Source: an uncultured Verrucomicrobiae bacterium
GTDB taxonomy: Bacteria > Verrucomicrobiota > Verrucomicrobiia > Chthoniobacterales > Chthoniobacteraceae
Direction: 5' to 3'
Length of the DNA: 64,000 bases
Assembly: GCA_963769025.1 (NCBI GenBank)
Contig: CAVYKI010000002.1
Span: forward strand, 160,001-224,000
The position numbers and the translations under genes were made by a program. The notes below the pieces were generated by a model. It made no database searches, was not told the origin of the DNA, and worked only from the letters and a program-made list of their open reading frames with translations. Position 1 is the stretch's first letter. Every line of letters starts with the position of its first letter. This document shows, piece after piece, positions 14,617-25,009 of the stretch.

Positions 14617-16101
14617 ATGGGAAAACCAACAGGCTTCATTGATTTCAGCGCGAGCTTCCCGCCGACCGCGCGCCGCTCGAACGCGTCCGCGACTGGAGCG
14701 AATTCCACCTCCACATGCCCGAGGCCACGCTCCGCACGCAGGGCGCGCGCTGCATGGATTGCGGCATTCCCTTTTGCCACACCGGCACGCTCATCAGCGG
14801 CATGGCGAGCGGGTGCCCGATCAACAATCTCATCCCCGAGTGGAACGACCTCGTCTATCGCGGCCTGTGGAAGGAAGCGCTCGAGCGCCTGCACAAGACG
14901 AACAACTTCCCCGAGTTCACCGGCCGCGTCTGCCCCGCGCCGTGCGAAGGCTCGTGCGTGCTCGGCATCAATGAGCCGCCGGTCACGATCAAGAACATCG
15001 AGGTCGCCATCATCGACCAAGGCTGGGAAGAAGGCTGGGTCGTCGCCGAGCCGCCGGCGAAGCGCACGGGCAAAAAAGTCGCCGTCATCGGCTCCGGTCC
15101 CGCGGGACTTTCCGCCGCCGCGCAGCTCAACAAAGCCGGGCACACCGTCACCGTCTTCGAGCGCGCGGATCGCCCCGGCGGGCTGCTCATGTATGGCATC
15201 CCGAACATGAAGCTCGACAAGGAGCAGGTCGTCCTGCGCCGCATCAAGCTGCTCGAAGCGGAAGGCATCACCTTCGTCTGCAACACCGAGGTCGGCAAAA
15301 ATCTCCCCGCGGAGAAACTCATGGCCGACTTCGACGCCGTGGTCCTCGCGACCGGCGCGACGAAGCCGCGCGATCTGCCCATCGACGGCCGCCAGCTCAA
15401 GGGCATCCACTTCGCGATGGACTTCCTCACCGCGAACACGAAGTCGATTTTGGACAGGCACAAGAACGGCAACTTCATCGACGCCGACCGGCAAGGACGT
15501 CATCGTCATCGGCGGCGGCGACACCGGCACCGACTGCGTCGGCACCTCCATGCGCCACGGCTGCGCGAGCCTCGTGCAGGTCGAGATTTTGCCAAAGCCG
15601 CCGATGGAGCGCGCGAAGGACAACCCGTGGCCCGAGTGGCCGAAGGTCTACAAGCTCGACTACGGCCAGGAGGAAGCCGCCGCGAAATTCGGCGACGACC
15701 CGCGCGTCTATCTCACCACCGCGACGAAATTCGAGGGCGACGCCGACGGCCACGTGAAGGCCGTCCACACCGTGCAGGTCGAGTGGACAAAGAACGACAA
15801 GGGCCAGTTCATCCCGAAGAACGTCCCCGGCACCGAGAAAGTCCTGCCCGCGCAGCTCGTGCTGCTCGCGATGGGATTCCTCGGACCCGAGCAGCCGCTC
15901 CTCGAAGCCCTCGGCGTCGAGCGCGACCCGCGCAGCAATGTGAAGGCCGACTACGGCAAATACGGCACCAGCATCCCGAAGGTCTTCGCCGCCGGCGACT
16001 GCCGCCGCGGCCAGAGCCTCGTCGTCTGGGCCTTCAATGAAGGCCGCGGCGCCGCCCGCGAGTGCGACCGCTTCCTCATGGGCGCGACGGATCTGCCGTA
16101 A
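14617..16101 (+). CDS. gltD: Glutamate synthase small subunit (frameshifted)
   Basis: [62 protein letters not shown]. Confidence 0.96.
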
Positions 16102-16205
16102 AGGCGGGGCGGGGGAGGAATCCTGGAGCACGGCGGTGATGATGGAACCCGGCGCTGCCGTCGGGTGGTCGGTCTGCGCCAAGGCAATTAGCTGGCCGGA
16201 AAATA

Positions 16206-16478
16206 ACTGCTCTTGGCAGCCATCAAACGGGAGCCGCAAGCCACAACACGAAAGACGGCAGCCACAAAACAATAGGCGGCAGACCAAGAACAAAAGGCGT
16301 CACCCATGGAACGAAAGGCGCCAGCCCGGGAACGGAAAGCGCCAGCCGCAAAACGAAAGACGCAAGCCTTGGAACGGAAGGCGCAAGCGACAAAACGGAA
16401 GGCGCAAGTCGTAAAACGGAAGGCGCAAGCGGCAAAACGGAAGCCGCCAGCGATTGAACGGAAGTCGCCAGCCCAAAA
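16206..16478. repeat. Tandem array of 13 degenerate 21-bp units
   Basis: Exact 21-bp period, consensus ACRRAAGNCGCMAGCNNNRRA; for example ACGGAAGGCGCAAGCGACAAA, ACGGAAGGCGCAAGTCGTAAA, ACGGAAGGCGCAAGCGGCAAA. Confidence 0.92.
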
Positions 16479-16631
16479 ACCTGCCAAAAAGGGCCTCTTT
16501 TCCGCATTCGCCGCCGCTCCCTCCCGCACGGCAGCCACATACCCCTCATCCAACGACACGGCATGATTATTCTTCTCCACTAACTTTAGTATTGACGGCC
16601 CCCCGAGCAAATTGCCTTTCTCCCCGGCGCG

Positions 16632-17565
16632 ATGAGCAGAGTTATCCGCTGGGGTGATGGCACCCGATTCGGAGATCCCAATGCATATTGGGGCTCTCCC
16701 TCATATGTCCTCCAGCCCGGCGACCCCGGCTTCGTCGCACCGAACCTCACCAGCCTCCTCCTCACCATGAGCGACACCCGCAAGTTCCGTTTCGCCCTCT
16801 CCACACTGCTCCACGCCGCCGACAGCCTCAGCGACGCCATCGGCGACACCGACTACGCCACCGCCATGGTCGCGCGCCTCGACGACCCGGGCGAGACCCC
16901 GCCCTACATCTTCCGCACCGTCTTCGAGACGGCCATCGCCGATGTGCGCGCCGAGGTGCAAAAGCAGGGCGGCAAGACCGGCGATGCCGGCGACCTCACT
17001 TCGGATCAAAAGGCCGCCTTCGCCGAAGTCGAGCGCCTCGCCGCCGCCGCGCGCCGCAGTGCGCGCCTCGCCTTCCCCGGCGACGGCGTGAAGCTGCGCA
17101 GCGAATTCCAGGTCGGCATCGACGAACCGCAGGACCTGGCCTCCGTGCTCGAACGCGCGGGCAAGACCCTCGCCGCCGCGCGCAAATACGCCGCCGAATT
17201 GAAAAAGGAAGGCTGGCGCGCCGCCGACGCCGACGCGCTCGAAGCCGCCCTCGCAGCCCTCGGCGAAGTCGCGCAGGATCAGGACGAAGCCCTCGCCGAC
17301 CGCGCCCAATTCACCGCCGCCCTCACCCGCAAGGCCAACCTCGTCTTCAAGCTCTGCCAGCGAATCCAAAACGCCGCCCGCCTGGAATACCCCTCCACCA
17401 AGCCCAACACCGAAGCCGCCCGCCTCCGCTTCCTCCTCGAAACCTTCCCCCCGCGCGACCGCAACCAGCCCGACGGCGGCACGCAATCAGCCCGACGGCG
17501 GCACGCAGACCGACCCGGTGAATCCTGCGAACCCGCCCACTCCGGCGCCGTCCGACTCCGCCTAA
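16632..17565 (+). CDS. Hypothetical all-alpha protein with a W/G/D/P-rich N-terminal segment and a Pro-rich tail
   Basis: Strong GC3 codon bias to ~17560. A 22-bp duplication (AAYCAGCCCGACGGCGGCACGC) at 17463-17506 shifts the frame; the alternative frame ends NQPDGGTQTDPVNPANPPTPAPSDSA* at 17565. A second possible start is near 16768. Confidence 0.7.
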
Positions 17566-17702
17566 CGGTGCGCGACGAAGAATCTGGCATCTCCGCAAGA
17601 CCTCACAAGCTCCCGCAACCCCTTGCCCCTTATCCGACAGCAATGCAACCAGCCACTGCCCTTACCAGCTCATTTTCCCACACACGATCCACACTGTACG
17701 CT

Positions 17703-18164
17703 ATGAACAAAATCCAAATCACAATTATTGCAGCTCTCATCATCACCTCCGCTGAAAACCACGCTCAATCGGCGAGCGACCGAGCAGCTACAGCGCAAAT
17801 GCACATCAATGCGCTGACCCACGGAATCAATGGAGATAAGATCGTTGCCCAGTCACTTGAAAGGTCGATCCAGCAAACCAACGCGCAGATTCAGCAACTT
17901 CAAAAGCAAAAGGCCGCCCGGCCCAAGACCGTTTCAGACGAAATGATACAAATGCAGGAAGCGGCGCTTGCTAAAGCCACCACACAATTAGACGCTGTGA
18001 ATACCAGAATTTCAGAAAAGGAAAAGTCAAAGCTGCACTACGAACAGGATCTTCGCACAGCGCAGAACACGATGGCACGGGAAAAGAAAAAAGAGCCCGG
18101 CTCAGCCGACGTGCCGCTGGACGAGGCGCTCAAAAGAAAAAAAGGATATCAAAGTGACAAATGA
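17703..18164 (+). CDS. Secreted coiled-coil hypothetical protein (low GC)
   Basis: Signal-peptide-like MNKIQITIIAALIITSAENHAQ, followed by Q/K/E-rich heptads. Confidence 0.6.
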   Translation: MNKIQITIIAALIITSAENHAQSASDRAATAQMHINALTHGINGDKIVAQSLERSIQQTNAQIQQLQKQKAARPKTVSDEMIQMQEAALAKATTQLDAVNTRISEKEKSKLHYEQDLRTAQNTMAREKKKEPGSADVPLDEALKRKKGYQSDK

Positions 18165-18208
18165 GGGTGACACGCACAATCCCATTCAAAACTAGCTTTT
18201 TACAAACG

Positions 18209-18718
18209 ATGAAACTCTTACTTATATTGCTGTGTATTATTTCGGCCACCCCGCTTTCTCTTGACGCGGCGGATCCCTCTAAGGAAGAAACAATCACGTG
18301 GCTGAAACGGAAATTGACAAAACTTCAAACGGTGTATGAGGTAGGCCCGACATTTGTATCAACCACAATTGAAGAGTTCAGCGTTAATAAGGGCGTGATG
18401 ACCCTAGCCATCAAGAAAACCCAAATAGTGGAATCGTCTGAGGTAGTCAGCGAACAGCGGTACAGCGTCGCATTGAGTGAACTATCCACTAAGGTCCGGG
18501 TTGACACTTGGGAGGTAAACTCTACCCCTCGGTGTTATATGATCGGAATGGAGGTCACAAAAGGAGACGGTGTATCATGGCTCGTCGTTCGCACCGGCAA
18601 AACGGCAAAACTCAAGGGAATGAACATTGTAGTTTCAGATGAAGAGTTGGCAAAGAGGGTCGTTAAGGCGCTTTCAAGCCTCATTAGAGCCTTCGGGGGA
18701 GCCGACGAACCGTTTTGA
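18209..18718 (+). CDS. Secreted hypothetical protein (low GC)
   Basis: Signal peptide MKLLLILLCIISATPLSLDAA, then DPSKEETITWLK...; ends ADEPF*. Confidence 0.7.
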   Translation: MKLLLILLCIISATPLSLDAADPSKEETITWLKRKLTKLQTVYEVGPTFVSTTIEEFSVNKGVMTLAIKKTQIVESSEVVSEQRYSVALSELSTKVRVDTWEVNSTPRCYMIGMEVTKGDGVSWLVVRTGKTAKLKGMNIVVSDEELAKRVVKALSSLIRAFGGADEPF

Positions 18719-18894
18719 ACCCCTGCGCCTAACGGAGCGAGGGACGGACTGATTATCCTGGAAGACACTCATGCTATGGCTCATTCGGCGCTGCCAGCGA
18801 CGCGCCTCGCGGCGGGTGCGTGATTCGTGTCGCTTTATACCGAGTTGTTCGGAATATATGGCCCAGGCGATTCACAGGCATGGGGCGCTGTCGG

Positions 18895-18942
18895 AGGAAC
18901 AAGGGACAGACTGATTATAGGAACAAGGGACAGACTGATTAT
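18895..18942. repeat. Perfect 24-bp tandem duplication with a third partial copy
   Basis: AGGAACAAGGGACAGACTGATTAT x2; AGGGACGGACTGATTAT at 18740-18756. Confidence 0.85.
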
Positions 18943-19163
18943 TTGCTGCAACGATTTCCAGATCATGGCGCAGAAGAACAGCCCGAAGCCCTATGAGGCG
19001 TTCGTGGGAGTGCCCTCCTCCGCGCAATGGGAGGAGCCACAGATGGAGTTCCTGCGCAATGCGACGCCGGTGTGGCCGGTGATGCGCGGGTAGCAGAACG
19101 GGAGACGAGCGGTGTCCGACAGTCGCACCGCATCCAGGATGCCCACCAGGAGTTGGGCGCCCT

Positions 19164-19718
19164 CTAGGTGTCTTTCCCTCGGGTGGGACGGGACTGCCCG
19201 TGCCCGTCGCTTTGCGCTACTTTCTCGTATTCTCGAACGCGCCGGAGGACGTCGGGAGGGAGCGGCTCGTGGGTAATCTGGGACTTCGTCAAGGCCAGCA
19301 GGTCGTTGGCGAGGGTGTCGGTGTCTGAGAGGAGGCCCCGCCATTTGGCGCGCTCGGGCATCATCACATGGGGAAGATATTGGCGTGCGAGATCGAGGAG
19401 GGCGAAGCAGAGCTGCATCGTCTTGGGCGTGGCGTCGGGGTCGCGCTTGAAGAGGAGTGGGTTGTCCGAGAAGCTCTCCATAAGGTCGAAAAGATGGTTG
19501 AGCATGTGCCGGGCGATCGAATCTGCCTCCTTCTTGAGGCGGGTCTGTTCGCGGCGCCGGTCGGCGGATTTCATGGTGGCCTTCGCCTTTGCAAAATCCT
19601 CCAGGTCGCATGCGATCATCGCGAGGCCGCGCGTAGGATCGGCCCGCAGCCAACGACTGAATTCCTCGCGTGTGGGATTATCGGGGTCGGCAAAGTTGTC
19701 GCTGGAAAAGGGTTTCAT
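19164..19718 (-). CDS. Hypothetical helical protein
   Basis: 184-aa ORF with protein-like composition; no family recognised. Confidence 0.5.
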   Translation of the reverse strand: MKPFSSDNFADPDNPTREEFSRWLRADPTRGLAMIACDLEDFAKAKATMKSADRRREQTRLKKEADSIARHMLNHLFDLMESFSDNPLLFKRDPDATPKTMQLCFALLDLARQYLPHVMMPERAKWRGLLSDTDTLANDLLALTKSQITHEPLPPDVLRRVREYEKVAQSDGHGQSRPTRGKDT

Positions 19719-20108
19719 GCGGCAGGGAGTGGCAGGTGGGTTCGAGAAGAGAGGTTCTTTTTCCTTGGTTCGAGTCCGAAAGTGCGCGTGACGATGTGAT
19801 CCGATTTTCGGCAGTCAACGGCAAGCCCCTCACTGCGCATGGGAAACCGGGCTTTGCCGGCTGAGAAAGAAGGGAGTGCCCACGCTGGCGAAGGCACATG
19901 CGATCACCCGCAAGGACTGGGTGGACGCCCCTCACGAGCGGAAGGCGGGAAAAAAACGCTGCCGCGCGCCCCGTAGGCTGGAGGCATTGCGATGAGAGGA
20001 TTGCGACAAGCTGGGCGCGTGCGATCTCTGGGGAGGGATGGCTGCCGGCTGTGCCGCGCTTTTCGCTCGTCAATGTGGACTCGTTCCGTGTTGTGATCGT
20101 CCTCACAC

Positions 20109-20882
20109 ATGTCCACTCCGGCAAAATCCCCGTTTTCCCTCTCAGGCCGCGTCGCGCTCGTGACCGGCAGCACCACCGGGCTCGGCAAGGCGATGGCCGT
20201 AGCGCTCGGGCGCGCGGGCGCGAAGGTCGCGCTCAATTTCCAAAACAACACGGCGCGTGCGGAGAAGGCGCTCGCGGATTTCAAGGCCGCGGGGTGCGAG
20301 GGGATGCTCGTGCGCGGCGATGTGAGCAATGAGGCGGAAGTCGCGCGGATCGTTTCCGAAATCGGGAGCGGGCTCGGGCCGGTGGACATCCTGGTGCTCA
20401 ACGCCACGCCCGCGCAGCCGCAGAAGCCGATCGAGGAATACGACTGGGCGTTCTACCAGCAGATGCTCGATTTTTTCGTGAAGAGCCCCTACCTGCTCTC
20501 GCGCGCGTGCCTGCCGCACATGAAGCAGCAGCGCTGGGGGCGCATCATCAACATCGGCTCCGAGGTCGTCGCGCGCGGCGTGCCGAATTTCACCGCGTAC
20601 ATCGCGGCGAAGGGCGGGCAGAATGGATTCAACCGCGGCCTCGCGACGGAGGTCGCAAAGTGGGGCATCACCGTGAACATGATCGCGCCGGGGTGGATTC
20701 CCGTCGAGCGGCACGCGGATGATCCGCAGGATGTGAAGGACGGCTACCGCGCACTGATCCCTGCGGATCGCTGGGGCGTGCCGGACGATCTCGGCGGCGC
20801 GCTGGTCTTCCTCGCGAGCGATGCGGCGTCGTTCGTCACGGGGCAGAATCTGCACGTGAACGGCGGGATGACGGTGCACTGA
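20109..20882 (+). CDS. SDR family oxidoreductase
   Basis: VALVTGSTTGLG, YIAAK (YxxxK), ITVNMIAPGWI, VTGQNLHVNGG. Confidence 0.93.
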   Translation: MSTPAKSPFSLSGRVALVTGSTTGLGKAMAVALGRAGAKVALNFQNNTARAEKALADFKAAGCEGMLVRGDVSNEAEVARIVSEIGSGLGPVDILVLNATPAQPQKPIEEYDWAFYQQMLDFFVKSPYLLSRACLPHMKQQRWGRIINIGSEVVARGVPNFTAYIAAKGGQNGFNRGLATEVAKWGITVNMIAPGWIPVERHADDPQDVKDGYRALIPADRWGVPDDLGGALVFLASDAASFVTGQNLHVNGGMTVH

Positions 20883-20917
20883 GCGCGGCGGGAGCCGACG
20901 AAGGCGCTGTCATTTTT

Positions 20918-21022
20918 GAGACGCAGAGACGCAGAGACGCGGAGGAAAGAATTCAGACTCCCCGGTCATTTTGAGCGAAGCAATGACCTTGCTCTGCGAT
21001 GACGCCGGTCTGCGTCTCTGCG
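20918..21022. repeat. REP-like intergenic inverted repeat built from CGCAGAGA octamers
   Basis: GAGACGCAGAGACGCAGAGACGCGGAG on the left and TCTGCGTCTCTGCG on the right. Confidence 0.6.
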
Positions 21023-21137
21023 CTTTCTCCATGCATGACCACTCGGAGGCGCACCCGCGGCAGGGATGCGCGCTGGCAAATCTGTTTTCCAAAATGCGCG
21101 CGGCATGTGCAGCATCCGCGCCCTCACTCCCTCGAAC

Positions 21138-22181
21138 ATGAAAATCCCCACGCGACATTTTCTCCTCAGCCTCACCGTCATCGCCGCCACGCTGCTCACC
21201 GGGTGTGACCGCAAGGGGGACGGCGCGTCTTCGGGCTCGGGCAAGAAGAAGCTCGCCTACGTGACGAATGGCGTGGACCCGTTTTGGAACACGGCGACGG
21301 CGGGCGTGCGCGCGGCAGAGAAGAAATTCGGCGTGGAGTGCGAGGTGCTCATGCCGCCGAAGGGCATCGTGGACCAGAAGCGGATGATCGAGGGTCTGCT
21401 CGCGCGCGGCGTGGATGGAATCGCGATCAGCTCCATCGATCCGAAGAACCAGATCGATCTCATCAACGAAGCCGCGGCGCGCTGCCCGGTGATCACGCAC
21501 GACTCCGATGCTCCGGAATCGAAGCGCCTCTGCTTTGTCGGCATGGACAACTACAAGGCCGGCCGCGCCGCGGGGAAACTCGTGAAGTCCGCGCTGCCGG
21601 ACGGCGGAAAGGTGATGATTTTCGTGGGCCGCCTCGAACAGCTCAACTCGCAGCAGCGCCGGCAGGGCGTGATCGATGAACTGCTCGACCGCCCGGCGGA
21701 GATTACCGGCACGACGATGAAGGCGGACCCGAACGGCACGCCGCTCACCGGCGGGAAATTCACCGTGCTCGACACGCGCACCGACAACTTTGACTACGCG
21801 CGCGCCAAGGCGAACGCGCAGGACGCGATGGCATCCGTGCCCGACCTCGCGTGCATGGTCGGCCTCTACGCCTACAACGCGCCGCAGTGCATGGAGGCCG
21901 CGAAGGAGGCGGGAAAAATCGGCACGATGAAAATCGTGAGCTTCGACGAGCAGGAGGCGGTGCTGCAGGGAATCATCGATGGCACGGTCGTCGGGACGAT
22001 CAGCCAGCAGCCGTACTACTACGGGTTCGAGTCGGTGCGCATCCTGGCCGGCCTCGCGAATGGCGACAAATCGGTGTTGCCGCCCGGCGGATTTTTCGAG
22101 GTGCCAATCGTCGAGGTGACGAAGGCGAACGTGGAGCAGTTCCGCGCGGACCTGAAGAAAATGCAGGAGGCCGGAAAGTAG
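21138..22181 (+). CDS. Sugar ABC transporter substrate-binding lipoprotein (RbsB-like)
   Basis: Lipobox LLTGC, DPFW, VITHDSDAPES, FVGMDNYKAG, QQPYYYG. Confidence 0.92.
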   Translation: MKIPTRHFLLSLTVIAATLLTGCDRKGDGASSGSGKKKLAYVTNGVDPFWNTATAGVRAAEKKFGVECEVLMPPKGIVDQKRMIEGLLARGVDGIAISSIDPKNQIDLINEAAARCPVITHDSDAPESKRLCFVGMDNYKAGRAAGKLVKSALPDGGKVMIFVGRLEQLNSQQRRQGVIDELLDRPAEITGTTMKADPNGTPLTGGKFTVLDTRTDNFDYARAKANAQDAMASVPDLACMVGLYAYNAPQCMEAAKEAGKIGTMKIVSFDEQEAVLQGIIDGTVVGTISQQPYYYGFESVRILAGLANGDKSVLPPGGFFEVPIVEVTKANVEQFRADLKKMQEAGK

Positions 22182-22205
22182 CAGCCGCCGCAGCGGCGCA
22201 CGCGC

Positions 22206-23725
22206 ATGAATCTCCCGGAGCCGAATGCCCGCCCGCTGCTCGAAGTGCGCGGGTTGTGCAAGAGCTTCCCCGGCGTGCGGGCGCTGCGCGACGTGGGCCT
22301 CACGCTCGGCCGCGGCGAAGTGCTCGCGGTGATCGGCGAGAACGGCGCGGGCAAGAGCACGCTGATGAAAATCCTCGCCGGCGTGCAGGAACCGGACAGC
22401 GGGGAAATCCTCGTGAACGGCGAGGCCTTGCGGTTTCCCAATGTGCGCGCCGCGGAGCACGCGGGCATCGCCCTGATCCACCAAGAGCTGAACCTCGCGG
22501 ACAATCTCGACATCGCGTCGAACCTCTTCCTCGGGCGCGAGCCGCAGCGGTTTGGCTTTGTAAATCGCCGACGGCTCTACGCCGACTCGCTCGGATTGCT
22601 TTCGCAGGTCGGACTCGACTGCGCGCCGCGCACGCTTGTGAGCACGCTTTCGCCCGGGCGGCAGCAGCTCGTGGAGATCGCGAAGGCGCTCGGGACGAAC
22701 GCGCGCGTGCTCATCATGGACGAGCCGACATCGAGTCTCAGTCAGCACGAGACGGAGCAGCTTTACCGCGTGGTGAAGGACCTGCGGTCGCGCGGCATCA
22801 GCGTGATCTACATCTCGCACCGGCTCGGCGAGGTGAAGGAACTCGCCGACCGCGTCGTCGTCCTGCGCGATGGCGCGAACGCGGGCGAACTGCAGCGCGA
22901 TGAAATCACGCACGACGCGATGGTGCGCCTCATGGTCGGCCGCGCCCTCGGCCGCCACGACCGCACCGCGCGCGGCCACGGCACGCCGGTGCTCGAAGCG
23001 CGCGGACTCCGCACGGCCGCGCATCCGCGCAAGCCGCTCGATTTTTCCATCTGCCCCGGCGAGATCGTCGGCGTCGCGGGGCTCGTCGGTTCGGGGCGCA
23101 CGGAGCTGCTGCAGGTGCTCTTCGGCATCGAGCCGGCGACGGGCGGCGAGATTCGGATGAATGGAGAGCCCGTGAGCATCACGTCGCCGCTCGATGCGAT
23201 CCGCGCGGGCATGGCGCTCGTTCCGGAGGATCGCAAGCAGCAGGGCGTGATTTTGGAAATGTCCGTCGGGCAGAACACCACGCTCGCCAGCCTGCGGCGC
23301 GACGCGCGCGCCGGTTTTCTGAACCGCAAGCGCGAAGGCGAAATCGCCGTGCAGATGACCGAGCAGCTCCGCGTGAAGACGCCGGACCTCGCGCAGTTCG
23401 TGCAATTTCTCTCGGGCGGCAACCAGCAGAAGGTCGCGCTCGCGAAGTGGCTCGCGCTGGAGCCGCGCGTGCTGCTGCTCGACGAGCCGACGCGCGGCAT
23501 CGACATCGGCGCGAAGCAGGAGATCTACCGGCTCATGGAGGAGCTGGCCGGGCGCGGCGTCGCGATCCTTTTTGTGAGCAGCGAAATGGAGGAAGTCCTG
23601 CGCATGAGCGACCGCACGCTCGTGATGCACGAGGGCCGCATCACCGGCGAACTGCGCCGCGAGGAACTCTCCGAGGAGGCCGTCATGCGCCTCGCCACCG
23701 CACACACCAGCTTCCGACATCATGA
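22206..23725 (+). CDS. Sugar ABC transporter ATP-binding protein with two NBDs (RbsA-like; frameshift near the 3' end)
   Basis: [47 protein letters not shown]. Confidence 0.93.
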
Positions 23726-24717
23726 AAAAACTCCTCGGGATATTCGGCCTGTTCGTCCGTTTCATCTTCGTCTTCACGGCGACTGCGGAGCAACCGAATT
23801 TCCTCAGCGCCTACAACCTGCAGAACCTCGTCGGGTGGACCTCGCTGTTCGGCATCATCAGCATCGGCGCGGCGTTTGTGATCATCACGGGCGGAATCGA
23901 TCTTTCCATCGGCTCCACGGTCGGGCTGGTCGGCTCGCTGCTCTCGTGGCTGCTCATGCATCAGGGCTGGAGCGAGCCGGCGGCGCTGCTCGCGGTGCTC
24001 GCGGTGTCGCTGCTCATCGGCCTTTCGCATGGGCTGCTCATCACGAAGATGCGGCTGCAGCCGTTCGTCGTGACGCTCTGCGGGCTGCTGCTCTACCGCG
24101 GCATGGCGCGCTTCATCACGGATGATGCGAGCCAAGGCTTTGGCAATTCCCACGACGGGCTGCGCTGGCTGGCAATTGGAAAGCTGGACGTGGGCGGCGG
24201 ATTTGCCGTGCCGGTGTCGGTGTTCATCATGGTGGGCATCGCGGTGATCGCGGCGATTTTCCTGAACCGCACGATCTGGGGCCGGTACCTGCTCGCGCTC
24301 GGGCGCAACGAAACCGCGGCGCGCTACAGCGGCATCAACACTGACCGGATGAAGATCACCGCCTACGTCATCTGCTCGCTGCTCGGCGGCGTCGGCGGGA
24401 TTCTGTTTTCGCTGAATCTGAACTCCATCCAGCCGTCGGGCCTCGGCGAATTTTACGAGCTCTACGCCATCGCCGCGGCGGTGCTCGGCGGATGCAGCCT
24501 GCGCGGAGGGGAGGGGACGATCCTCGGCGTCATCATCGGCACGGCGGTGATGCGCGTGCTCTACAACGCCATCAACATTCTCGGCATCCCGACGCATCTC
24601 GAGTTCGCGATCATCGGCACGGTCATCCTCGCCGGGGTCATCGCCGATGAACTCGTGAAACGCATCGCGACGAAGCGGCGCGCGGTGCGTGCGCTGGCTG
24701 GCGAGGAAGGAAAGTAG
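23722..24717 (+). CDS. Sugar ABC transporter permease (RbsC-like)
   Basis: [49 protein letters not shown]. Confidence 0.93.
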   Translation: MKKLLGIFGLFVRFIFVFTATAEQPNFLSAYNLQNLVGWTSLFGIISIGAAFVIITGGIDLSIGSTVGLVGSLLSWLLMHQGWSEPAALLAVLAVSLLIGLSHGLLITKMRLQPFVVTLCGLLLYRGMARFITDDASQGFGNSHDGLRWLAIGKLDVGGGFAVPVSVFIMVGIAVIAAIFLNRTIWGRYLLALGRNETAARYSGINTDRMKITAYVICSLLGGVGGILFSLNLNSIQPSGLGEFYELYAIAAAVLGGCSLRGGEGTILGVIIGTAVMRVLYNAINILGIPTHLEFAIIGTVILAGVIADELVKRIATKRRAVRALAGEEGK

Positions 24718-24802
24718 TCCAGGGCTTCAGCCCTCAGTGAATTACAAAATAGAACGTTTCTCCGGTTTCCGTGTGGTTTTGCGGGCTGAAGCCCAAGACT
24801 AC
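24714..24802. repeat. GTAG-type REP doublet (REPIN-like) between convergent genes
   Basis: GTAGTCCAGGGCTTCAGCCC and the inverted copy GGGCTGAAGCCCAAGACTAC; each has a GTAG end and a GGGCT.AGCCC palindrome. Confidence 0.8.
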
Positions 24803-24999
24803 TTTTCGCGCCGCGCTGCGTCGAGGCAGCACTTGCAGATGCATGCGCAACGACGCGTTTCCTCCGGCACGCGCGCGAGGAGTTCCGGCGGGAAGTATTC
24901 CTTCATGCACCAGCACGGACCCTTGCAGCCCGCCTGCTTGGCGAGTTGGCACTCGTTAGGCTGGCCGCAGAGCGGGCAGAGTTCGGGGCTGAAGGACAT
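24799..24999 (-). CDS. Cysteine-rich CWC family protein
   Basis: CPLCGQPNEC...CWC...FPPELLARVP...CICKCC. Confidence 0.85.
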   Translation of the reverse strand: MSFSPELCPLCGQPNECQLAKQAGCKGPCWCMKEYFPPELLARVPEETRRCACICKCCLDAARREK

Positions 25000-25009
25000 G
25001 GCTGGAAAG

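Noticed and set aside
16206..16478. CRISPR array
   Set aside because: The units are contiguous 21-mers with no unique spacers, and there are no cas genes in the window.
16632..18164. 510-aa single fusion ORF
   Set aside because: It is a read-through caused by a 22-bp duplication/indel near 17485. Codon bias and a signal peptide at 17703 indicate two separate genes.
17559..18860. Integron attC sites (GCCTAAC after two ORFs)
   Set aside because: No matching GTTRRRY with a complementary stem was found at a suitable distance, and there is no integrase.
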